From the IMG/VR virus record IMGVR_UViG_3300032270_000355: a stretch of DNA of 64,000 bases; one strand, given 5' to 3'. This document shows positions 56,165 to 64,000 of the stretch, piece after piece. The stretch's first letter is position 1, and each line of letters begins with the position of its first letter. Made by a program: the position numbers and the translations under genes. Source of the stretch: an uncultured virus (IMG/VR IMGVR_UViG_3300032270_000355). Its lineage: Duplodnaviria; Heunggongvirae; Uroviricota; Caudoviricetes. The notes beneath the pieces were generated by a model. That model was not told the origin of the DNA. It did not search any database and worked only from the letters and a program-made list of their open reading frames with translations.

Positions 56165-56270
56165 ATTATGCTCTAAAGTCAAATAAAAGTCAATACATTT
56201 TTGGAGGACAAAAAACCCCTGTGGTATCAACAACTTACAGGGGTCTAAAACCTTACAGGTAGAAGGGTTA
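56165..56270 (-). promoter_or_regulatory. Early promoter cassette with inverted IHF site
   Basis: TTGACT-N17-CATAAT (56193-56165); TATCAACAACTTA on + strand (56225-56237) within inverted repeat acccctgt..acaggggt. Confidence 0.7.
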
Positions 56271-56281
56271 TTTTCTAATCA

Positions 56282-56932
56282 CTATTTCTCTGTAAGTTCG
56301 TTCACAAAGTCTAGTAGTAGTTCATGATGTTTTCCACCATGGTAGTGTTTATTTATGTAATGCCATGGTTTCTCGTACCAATAAAGTGGTGCTTCTGGAT
56401 GGCAACCAATGATACCGATTCTACCTTGGATGATTGCCATCGGATCACCATTGCTATATCTTGCAATTGTTTTAAATTTAGTTTCATCGCCAATTAGTGC
56501 ACAACCATCATAGAAGTACATTTCTTCTTTTTGGTCTTTCCATGTGACTGAAGCTACTGTTCCGTAGCTTCTTTTTACATCTGCATTTGGTTGCTTTATA
56601 TATTGAACAGGGTTGACATCATCAAGTATATCGAAATAACGCTCTCCAGCCCAATAAGCACCCATGCAGATGCCAAGATAGTGACCACCACATTCCAAGA
56701 ATCTGGCGATTCGATTCGCTCTTGTTCGAGTGAAGAAATTAGGATAAGAGTCGCTATCCCCAATCCCGCCAGGAAAAGCAATAACATCAAGATGCTCAAA
56801 GAAATTATCATCATCAAGTTCCTTCTCAGTAAATATTCTTATCTGATACTCAGATGATAACGCATGCACCATTGCATATGCACAATCCTCAGAACATTCT
56901 GGATGGCGCATAAACAATGCGAGGTGTTTCAT
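56282..56932 (-). CDS. BPL_N-like class I GATase-fold protein
   Basis: FPGG..GGHYLGICMGAY..GCHPE. Confidence 0.8.
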   Translation of the reverse strand: MKHLALFMRHPECSEDCAYAMVHALSSEYQIRIFTEKELDDDNFFEHLDVIAFPGGIGDSDSYPNFFTRTRANRIARFLECGGHYLGICMGAYWAGERYFDILDDVNPVQYIKQPNADVKRSYGTVASVTWKDQKEEMYFYDGCALIGDETKFKTIARYSNGDPMAIIQGRIGIIGCHPEAPLYWYEKPWHYINKHYHGGKHHELLLDFVNELTEK

Positions 56933-57159
56933 ACTACCATGGATATCGCACTAGCAGCAGAAACAATGTAACGAAGTGCTTGCTCATCAGTTGATAATTC
57001 TTGGGCTGCTTTTACTTCAGCTACCTGTTGAACAAGGAATTGAAATTCTTCTAGTGTCAATTCTTGTGATTCATATTGCTGGCGTAATACTAAAAGTTCA
57101 TTCGCCAATACAGCTGCTGGACCACCAAGTCCAGCTACTTCTCTTAGTTGTTCTAACAT
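56929..57159 (-). CDS. Hypothetical protein
   Basis: Operon ORF. Confidence 0.55.
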   Translation of the reverse strand: MLEQLREVAGLGGPAAVLANELLVLRQQYESQELTLEEFQFLVQQVAEVKAAQELSTDEQALRYIVSAASAISMVV

Positions 57160-57160
57160 A

Positions 57161-57511
57161 TCATCTGCCTTTCCATGCGTCAACGATGACGTCTATTCTT
57201 GTTTTATTAATTTTAAGAATTGATTCACAGAACAATTTTTTATCAGATGCCTTGGCTTTACTAATGGCTTCTTGCAGCTGAGCAATAGAAGTAGCCTGAG
57301 GATCTTTTCTCAACTCGCTATACACTTTAAGATGTTGAAGTTTAGTTTCAGCATCAACCCAGTTCTTATCATCACAATTTAACTTCTCAATTGAAATCTT
57401 TGTAGAAACAAGATTGTCAAACATAACTGCATCATGTGGCTTTGGCCATAGTGCTAATATTGAGCAACCATTTAAACACAGAACCAGTGATAGTAGTATA
57501 ATTCTTTTCAT
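57161..57511 (-). CDS. Putative lipoprotein
   Basis: Lipobox LNGC after hydrophobic signal. Confidence 0.65.
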   Translation of the reverse strand: MKRIILLSLVLCLNGCSILALWPKPHDAVMFDNLVSTKISIEKLNCDDKNWVDAETKLQHLKVYSELRKDPQATSIAQLQEAISKAKASDKKLFCESILKINKTRIDVIVDAWKGR

Positions 57512-57831
57512 ACGCTAAATGAACTTCCGCAACCACAGGTGGATTTTGCATTAGGGTTAGAGATGACGAACTGCGAACCCTTTAGTTTGTCACTAGTAAA
57601 ATCAATAGTAGCATTGTCAAAGTAAGTCATACTTAAAGCATCAACTAAAAGTTTATCAATGACAAAGTCATCTTCTTCCTTGGTTTCTTCGATAGTAAAA
57701 CCGTAGTTAAAACCAGAGCAACCACCACCAGAGATAAATGCTCTTACGTATTTTCCATTAGGCTCATCCATAAGGATTTCATCGAGTTGTTTCTTTGCGG
57801 ATTCTGTTATATTAATCATGAGCATGCACAC
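57508..57831 (-). CDS. Fe-S cluster carrier IscA/ErpA (HesB family)
   Basis: GGGCSGFNY..NPNAKSTCGCGSSF. Confidence 0.92.
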   Translation of the reverse strand: MCMLMINITESAKKQLDEILMDEPNGKYVRAFISGGGCSGFNYGFTIEETKEEDDFVIDKLLVDALSMTYFDNATIDFTSDKLKGSQFVISNPNAKSTCGCGSSFSV

Positions 57832-58202
57832 TTTAGTTGATAGTCGTGGATAGCTGCTTTAATTGCATCTTCTGCAAGTATAGAGCAGTGAATTTTAACT
57901 GGAGGTAATGCTAGTTCTTGGGCGATTTCAGAGTTTTTGAGTTTAACAGCATCATCAATATGCATACCCTTAACCCATTCTGTAACCAACGACGAACTGG
58001 CGATTGCTGAACCACAGCCATATGTCTTGAACTTAGCATCTCTAATAATACCATCTTCATCTACCTTAATTTGTAGTTTCATCACATCACCACATGCTGG
58101 TGCACCGACCATGCCAGTACCAACAGTTGGGTCGTCTTTATCTAAAGAACCCACATTACGTGGATTTTCATAGTGATCAATAACTTTATCCGAGTAAGCC
58201 AT
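57816..58202 (-). CDS. iscU: Fe-S cluster scaffold IscU
   Basis: MAYSDKVIDHYENPRNVG..APACGDVM..KTYGCGSAIASSS..LPPVKIHCSILAEDA. Confidence 0.97.
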   Translation of the reverse strand: MAYSDKVIDHYENPRNVGSLDKDDPTVGTGMVGAPACGDVMKLQIKVDEDGIIRDAKFKTYGCGSAIASSSLVTEWVKGMHIDDAVKLKNSEIAQELALPPVKIHCSILAEDAIKAAIHDYQLKCACS

Positions 58203-59018
58203 TTAATCACCACTCCCACCACACTTGGCACGTTTTGCTTTAGTTAAATCACCATAACTAACTGGCCATTCAGTTCCAGGTGCTAGTTCTTTTGCGCCAG
58301 CAGGGAATGAATAAGCAACATTGGCTTCTGATTGAATTTGTGCAACTGGCTTACGGAAAGCAGTTAGATCATTACCCAAATTAGGATAAGGTGCTACATG
58401 CGGGAATTGCCAACCAGCAACTTCACCTGTTTGATTATTGATAACAATTTTGTAAAAACTATGCGGAACAATAACACCACTGCCGATTTTCTTGTTTTGT
58501 TCATTGTAGATACCTCCAACGAATATTGTATACGACTGATTGCGTTGAACAGTCCAACCACGAACTGCAGTTTCTAACAATTTCCAGATACCACGATTAA
58601 GAGAACCTGCCTGTGGGCTCATGTTAGTCATAAGGAATGACTCATATTCTACCTGTTGATCCCAAGATAAGTCACCATCAGGACTCATGTGTCCTTTGTC
58701 GTAACCTGTACCAGCGTAGTCATCTGGTCTTGGACCATTCTGAATAGATTGATCAGCAGTAAATGCGTTAGTACGAGCAACACAACCCAAAGCATTTTGA
58801 GGTAGTAGTGTATAAGTTACATAGCGTGGGAGTTTTGCAGGTGCATCATAGCCAACGAGATATGCCTGACGGCAGATTGGTTGAACTGCTGGATTTGCAA
58901 CTGGCCAGCCATAAGGACTATGAGTGGCACAGTTAGCAACTGGCTCTGGTGGTCGTTGAGTCCACGCATATGCATTAAGACTTAGAACACAGAGTGCTAT
59001 TAGTAAGAGTTTTTTCAT
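58203..59018 (-). CDS. Secreted DNA/RNA non-specific endonuclease (NucA/EndoG-like)
   Basis: Signal peptide, YDKGHM..TNMSPQ..LNRGIW..VPHSFYK. Confidence 0.9.
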   Translation of the reverse strand: MKKLLLIALCVLSLNAYAWTQRPPEPVANCATHSPYGWPVANPAVQPICRQAYLVGYDAPAKLPRYVTYTLLPQNALGCVARTNAFTADQSIQNGPRPDDYAGTGYDKGHMSPDGDLSWDQQVEYESFLMTNMSPQAGSLNRGIWKLLETAVRGWTVQRNQSYTIFVGGIYNEQNKKIGSGVIVPHSFYKIVINNQTGEVAGWQFPHVAPYPNLGNDLTAFRKPVAQIQSEANVAYSFPAGAKELAPGTEWPVSYGDLTKAKRAKCGGSGD

Positions 59019-59047
59019 TTAACTTCCAATTATTTAAGGATTCACCT

Positions 59048-59611
59048 CTATTTAGCCAGTGGGTTGTCTAATGCACGTTGAATTTTGCGATCTACTTCGT
59101 TGTTTAGAGCCTTGGTTGCATTAGCCATGTCACGTTCTAGTGTTTTGGCAGTATTTTCAGCTTCTTTACGAACCTGACGAACCTCATCTCTGGCTTCCTT
59201 AACTGCTTGGTCAGTCTCTCTTGATGTTTGTTTAGCACTACGCTCGACATTCTCAACAACACCTTCTAAACGACGAATATCGTTCTTTAGGTCACCTTTA
59301 ATATCTCGAGTATAATCGCTAGTTTTCTGAGTATTCTCTTCAATAACAGCGAGTTTTTTATACACCTCTGTTAAATCTGGAGAAATATATTCAGCGATCT
59401 TTTTCTTCATGCTTTGATAGTCTTTGTAAACTTCAAACGTACCATACAAGCCACCAAGAATAGATGATACTAGAGTAAAGGCAATCATTAGTTTTGCTGG
59501 CGTGAACTCATATCCACCAATTGCTATGACTGTATCTTTACTTGCGTATTTCTTTGCTGCTGCTTCTAACTCATCAACTTTTTTATCTAAGTTTTTATTT
59601 TCTTCTGTCAT
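59048..59611 (-). CDS. Membrane-anchored coiled-coil protein
   Basis: One TM segment then coiled coil, ends ALDNPLAK. Confidence 0.65.
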   Translation of the reverse strand: MTEENKNLDKKVDELEAAAKKYASKDTVIAIGGYEFTPAKLMIAFTLVSSILGGLYGTFEVYKDYQSMKKKIAEYISPDLTEVYKKLAVIEENTQKTSDYTRDIKGDLKNDIRRLEGVVENVERSAKQTSRETDQAVKEARDEVRQVRKEAENTAKTLERDMANATKALNNEVDRKIQRALDNPLAK

Positions 59612-59616
59612 TTTCT

Positions 59617-60387
59617 TTATCTTCCTATGTATTGTTTAGGTTGGGCTTCCATTCTTCTTTGCTTTTCAGTCTTAGGAAACCATTCAGTTCCCAAGTGTGG
59701 ATATTTTTCTATCCTGTCTTGTACAACAAACCACATTATAATCATGGTAAGGGCAACTATACCCATAAACATACTAAACCATTTGAAAAATGTTTTTATA
59801 ATTTTAACTAATTTAGCATGTTCTCTATCATGTTCCATTTGTATCTGAATATTACGCTTGAGTGCTTCGGACTGTCTTGCATTTATTATCTTAGACTGCT
59901 TCAGCACTTCTGTCCACAGCGCACCCAACTCAGGTGGGCTTTGATATATCATTACCTCACGTAACTCAACTTCCATCTGTTCGAGTTTCTTTTGCATCAA
60001 CACTCTTTGTAGAGCACGTTTTCCTACAGAAGCGTCACCTGTATATAATTCATATGAACGCTTTTCTTCTGCCTCAAATACTGCTATACACTTTGCTTGA
60101 TTATCAAAGAAAGCACCAAGATGTTGGCCAAGTTCGAAATAAATGTCACCAGTGTCTTTCTTGTTTAACTCTTTTATTCTTGCCTTTTCTTCATTAAACT
60201 GTTTGACTGCTTCAGGTGGAGGTTTCTTTCCTTTCGCAGCATAAGCCCCATTGAACTGCTCATCCAGATCTTTGAGCACATCCTTTATATCTCCAGCTGC
60301 ACCTTTGATATCTTTATATAATTTACACCCAGCCTTGATCGCAGAAACTGCTCCATTAGCCAGTGCAAAGAGTGTTAAAGGATCCAT
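59617..60387 (-). CDS. Hypothetical membrane protein (MDPxT family)
   Basis: MDPLTLFALA.., C-terminal TM. Confidence 0.65.
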   Translation of the reverse strand: MDPLTLFALANGAVSAIKAGCKLYKDIKGAAGDIKDVLKDLDEQFNGAYAAKGKKPPPEAVKQFNEEKARIKELNKKDTGDIYFELGQHLGAFFDNQAKCIAVFEAEEKRSYELYTGDASVGKRALQRVLMQKKLEQMEVELREVMIYQSPPELGALWTEVLKQSKIINARQSEALKRNIQIQMEHDREHAKLVKIIKTFFKWFSMFMGIVALTMIIMWFVVQDRIEKYPHLGTEWFPKTEKQRRMEAQPKQYIGR

Positions 60388-60528
60388 TTATTTCCTTTTT
60401 CTCCACTCTAAACAAACTACACGACGTTCATAAACATCACCAGTCCATGTCCATCGCACACATTCCCATTCTGGCCATTTTCTAACAGGTTCTTGCGTAA
60501 GTGCTAACGCTAAGATCCATTCATACAT
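60388..60528 (-). CDS. Small Trp/Cys-rich protein
   Basis: Manual translation MYEWILALALTQEPVRKWPEWECVRWTWTGDVYERRVVCLEWRKRK*. Confidence 0.5.
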   Translation of the reverse strand: MYEWILALALTQEPVRKWPEWECVRWTWTGDVYERRVVCLEWRKRK

Positions 60529-60656
60529 CTCTTCTATTTCCTATCTTTAAGCCAGTCTTTAAACATTACACTAAAAACCATTAATAGAGGTATCGTAGAT
60601 AAAAGGAATATTAGATCACTCATTGTAATAATTATATTGAAGTGCATAGTGTTCCT

Positions 60657-61271
60657 TTAATTTTTAGCATAATCTTCACGTTCTTTCTTTTCACGTGCTT
60701 CACGTTCTTTTTGTTGCTGGCGTAGAACTAGATTTCTTTGTGCTACCTTTTGTTCATAAATTCGTTTCTCTTCTACTTGAGCATAAATACCAACACCGCC
60801 CATAATAAATGCAAATACAATAGCAGATACTGCTAGAAAATACATTCCAAAAATAAACATATCAGCCATTTTCTTTTTATGTGCTAATTGACGTTTTTCT
60901 TCTTCAAATTCAGCTTCTGCACGTTCCTTAAAAAGTCTAGTGCGTTCCTTGATCATCTGTTCCCAAATTTCAGGCTTACCCAATTGCCATAAAATCATGT
61001 CTTTAAGATCTCGCTCTGCTTGCCTTAAAGCATCACTATGCATAGCAATTTGTAGGGCTTCATGACCCAACTCTGCGTCTGTTTTTCCTAATCGACTTGC
61101 CTTTGCCTTTACCTTTATTCGTTCACGGTGAATAGCATCTGATGATTCAAAGAATTTACTAAACTGTCCAGCAAGACTGTTTATGTCCTTACCTAAAGCA
61201 ATGGCTTGTTTTATATGGCCAACAGCAGATTGAGCAGCAGCAAAAGCCAATCCAATAGTTATGGGATCCAT
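60657..61271 (-). CDS. Hypothetical membrane protein (MDPxT family, paralog)
   Basis: MDPITIGLAFAAA.., C-terminal TM. Confidence 0.65.
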   Translation of the reverse strand: MDPITIGLAFAAAQSAVGHIKQAIALGKDINSLAGQFSKFFESSDAIHRERIKVKAKASRLGKTDAELGHEALQIAMHSDALRQAERDLKDMILWQLGKPEIWEQMIKERTRLFKERAEAEFEEEKRQLAHKKKMADMFIFGMYFLAVSAIVFAFIMGGVGIYAQVEEKRIYEQKVAQRNLVLRQQQKEREAREKKEREDYAKN

Positions 61272-63604
61272 TATCTACCCTCATATTGTTTTTCCACCAT
61301 TTCATTGTGAAGTTTATCAGTACCACCAAACATTCTTAAGGCACTGCGATTATCAATCGTTCTCTGATTATTGTAAACTGTGAAAGGTTTATAACCAGCA
61401 ACATCTGGTAACATTGCTTTACCATATGCGTCAAATCCAGGAGTGAAACCCATTGCTTGGATAACTACATTTTGCATCTGTTTTTGAGACTCTAAGTTAG
61501 CAAGCTGACCCATCTCATTGGCAACATTCTTACCTCTTTCTACAGCCTCTGCTCTGGCAGCAGCTTGTCTTCTTTCATTTATTGCTTGTCTTGCAGTTGG
61601 TGCTGCTGGTTTATCAGATGACGCTTGAGCAGTATTAGTATTCGGTGGCGGAGAACTGCCTCCAGAGCCTTTCGGAGAATCATCTTTTTTATCCTCTTGT
61701 TTATTACCACCACCCTTTGGTTCATTTTGAGCCATTTGTTGCTGTGGAGCAGGTGGAGGTGGTGCTAACTGAACTGCTGCAGCAGGTGCACCAGCAGAGT
61801 TTGTACTTGGAGGTGGAGCAGCAATTGCTTTGTCTACATTACTATCACCTGTTTTTGAAACTCCGACAGAAACTGCGCCATCGGAACCAACTGTAGCTGA
61901 AACAGTTGTTGTAGAAACAGGTTGATTGGCAGGATCATTTCGTGCCACTGTACCTGCTGTAGCTACTATTGATGCTGTACCTTGTTGTTCAAGAAGCATC
62001 TTAGTTGCATAAGCAGTTGAATAATTTGGGCATGTTCTATCATATAATCCATCTAATGAGCATTGTTGTGCTTTATATGCTGCAGCATACCCAGAACATG
62101 TTGTAGAGTAAAGAGAATTAGCAGTACATTGTTGGTTATGATAAGCTGACGCATAACCTGTACAAGTAGTTGCATATAAAGGATTTATGGAACACTGTTG
62201 GTCATGGTATGCTGTCTGATAACCATTACAAGTTACATCATATAATGGATTCAATGAACACTGTTGATTTTTATAGGCTGTAGCATAACCAGAACAACGA
62301 GTGCTATACAGTGAATCCATAGAACATTGTTGATCCAAATACGCTTGTTCATATCCAGAACAAGTGGTACTGTATAGTGGATTGATTGAGCATTGATATG
62401 TCAAGTAAGCCGAAGCATAACCTGGACATGCTGGATCAGACAATGGACTTGCCGAACATTGCTGAGAAAATACTGCCTGTGCATAACCTGGACATGCAGA
62501 ATTAAACATTGGATTGATTGCACACTGTTGAGTTTGATACGCTTGTTGGTATCCAGGACATGACTGTGATGACAGTGGATCAACTACACATGGATCTGGT
62601 GTATACTGCCATCTGCTCCAGCTACTGTATAGTGCTGTAGTTCCAACTTCTCGTGTTGATAAAGAGAAGTTACCCATTGTTGATAATAATTTCTGAGTTG
62701 GAAATACATAACTGTAACTAGGAGTACCGCTAGTATTTGCTCCATGATTATGTGTCGCAGAATAAAGAGATGTCCCAGCACTTGATGTTACATTAACATC
62801 AACTGCCATTGAAGATGATGACCATCCAGTACAAAATATTAAAAATGCACTTGAACACCAGTCACCACCAACATAGTAGTGGTATCCATACTCGAATCCA
62901 TTAATATTAACACCAGCACCAGAAAGGTTTAGTGCTTGGTTGATTGCATATGACTGAGCATAGATTGTCTGACTTGTCAGAACTTGATTAAAGTTTGCAC
63001 AACTTGGAGAAAACAGTGGGTTTGCCGTGCATGGATCAACTGTATAGTTTAGAGAAAGATTTACATCTTTCACTTGTGGTCCATACAATCCTGCCCACCA
63101 ACGAGCATCTTTACCAGTGAAAGAAATGCTTAGATTACCAACATCAGCTAGACCATATTGCTGATTAAAGTTTTGTGATCCAGAAACAGTTCTCCAACCA
63201 TCTTGAACCTGATTCATCGCATAATTGTATTGCTCAAGAGTCGAACCAGTTGGGGATGTTAATTTGATGGTAGAAGAGAGTGTTCCACCAGTGCTGCCAT
63301 TGTTCAGATATTGCCATGAGTAGTTATACCCACCAATCTGAACACCAGAGCCAGACAATGCTTGATTAATAGCAAATGTCTGTGCCACAGTTGCTTGGTT
63401 ATATCCAAACATGATTGTGTTTGTTGATGGATTATACGCAGGGACATTACCACCAGAAAATCCACCACCAGTGGATGTGGATGGAACTACACCAGTCCAA
63501 TTATTGGTTATTAGGTTTGGTGTTGTCTGAACAGTTTGTGCGATGGCTGAGCAAGATAAAAATCCTGCTAGCAAAATAGCAGCAAGGACAGAAACCAACT
63601 TCAT
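61271..63604 (-). CDS. Large exported protein with 22-aa Cys-rich tandem repeats
   Basis: Signal peptide; nine CxxxPLYxxxCxGYxxAYxxQQ units; Pro/Ala linker. Confidence 0.8.
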   Translation of the reverse strand: MKLVSVLAAILLAGFLSCSAIAQTVQTTPNLITNNWTGVVPSTSTGGGFSGGNVPAYNPSTNTIMFGYNQATVAQTFAINQALSGSGVQIGGYNYSWQYLNNGSTGGTLSSTIKLTSPTGSTLEQYNYAMNQVQDGWRTVSGSQNFNQQYGLADVGNLSISFTGKDARWWAGLYGPQVKDVNLSLNYTVDPCTANPLFSPSCANFNQVLTSQTIYAQSYAINQALNLSGAGVNINGFEYGYHYYVGGDWCSSAFLIFCTGWSSSSMAVDVNVTSSAGTSLYSATHNHGANTSGTPSYSYVFPTQKLLSTMGNFSLSTREVGTTALYSSWSRWQYTPDPCVVDPLSSQSCPGYQQAYQTQQCAINPMFNSACPGYAQAVFSQQCSASPLSDPACPGYASAYLTYQCSINPLYSTTCSGYEQAYLDQQCSMDSLYSTRCSGYATAYKNQQCSLNPLYDVTCNGYQTAYHDQQCSINPLYATTCTGYASAYHNQQCTANSLYSTTCSGYAAAYKAQQCSLDGLYDRTCPNYSTAYATKMLLEQQGTASIVATAGTVARNDPANQPVSTTTVSATVGSDGAVSVGVSKTGDSNVDKAIAAPPPSTNSAGAPAAAVQLAPPPPAPQQQMAQNEPKGGGNKQEDKKDDSPKGSGGSSPPPNTNTAQASSDKPAAPTARQAINERRQAAARAEAVERGKNVANEMGQLANLESQKQMQNVVIQAMGFTPGFDAYGKAMLPDVAGYKPFTVYNNQRTIDNRSALRMFGGTDKLHNEMVEKQYEGR

Positions 63605-63607
63605 TGG

Positions 63608-64000
63608 TTATTCCTTGCTCTTAACTTTCTGTGGTTGGCGATCTGGTGATGCAACCCAAATTTCTTTGGCAGACTCACCGATTTTACCATCGACTGGACA
63701 AGGTGTACCAGCATTCATCATTGCTGAGAATACTCTTTCATCTTGACACATAATGGAAACCGCAGCAACTTTCATACCCATATCGTAAATACCACGAGCG
63801 AGTTTTAATCGTTCGCAATTTTTATCGACCATAGTAGAACCAAAGCTGATACCTAGGATTTGAGTTTGTGCTGCGCCAGATACACCTACTGCGCAAACAT
63901 CGGAGTTGATAACTGTAATTGCTGGAGCAACAGCAGTTGGGGGTGGGGACTTAACTGTAGTTGTGCTAGTAGAGTTAGAGTCTGTGGTGCTTCTTGAAGT
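63608..64000 (-). CDS. Conserved phage hypothetical protein (partial, 5' end outside window)
   Basis: PPTAVAPAI..DVC..QTQILGISFG..DKNCERLKLAR..GMKVAAVSIMCQD..AGTPCP. Confidence 0.7.
   Translation of the reverse strand, partial: TSRSTTDSNSTSTTTVKSPPPTAVAPAITVINSDVCAVGVSGAAQTQILGISFGSTMVDKNCERLKLARGIYDMGMKVAAVSIMCQDERVFSAMMNAGTPCPVDGKIGESAKEIWVASPDRQPQKVKSKE

Noticed and set aside
1..64000. Stop-codon reassignment
   Set aside because: Core genes translate full-length with the standard code and no suppressor-anticodon tRNA was found

Overview
A 64 kb segment of a T4-like (myovirus) phage genome. The Bug/TctC solute-binding proteins, IscU/IscA and the tmRNA tag suggest a freshwater betaproteobacterial host (inference). 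1-10 kb holds baseplate, tail and packaging genes (gp53, gp48, gp4, gp2, gp54, holin, gp16, gp26, gp51, tape measure) and replication genes (gp32, gp59, gp33). 10-38 kb is a minus-strand accessory region with ClpP, a cell-wall hydrolase, a beta-barrel protein, a circularly permuted two-piece tmRNA, a GH19 lysin, PhoH, many 2OG-Fe(II) oxygenases and an amidinotransferase/ATE-like pair. 38.5-42.6 kb is an array of 28 tRNAs covering all 20 amino acids, interspersed with stem-closed ncRNA candidates. 43-49 kb is a GATase/diiron/Bug/PP-loop cluster. 49-64 kb has dCMP deaminase, RNase H, an ArfA-like ORF, IscU/IscA, a secreted nuclease and a Cys-repeat exported protein. The main finding is an apparent transcription attenuator in front of the tRNA array. 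Its leaderless 41-codon ORF contains all 20 amino acids and a cognate codon for 27 of the 28 phage tRNAs. Its last codons form an antiterminator arm that competes with an intrinsic terminator. This reads as a pan-tRNA starvation sensor controlling phage tRNA expression. Other notable items are a probable -1 frameshift fusing gp26 to gp51, three Leu tRNAs without the long variable arm, a tRNA-Thr(AGU), and promoter cassettes carrying IHF sites. All calls come from reading motifs by eye; no database searches were run.
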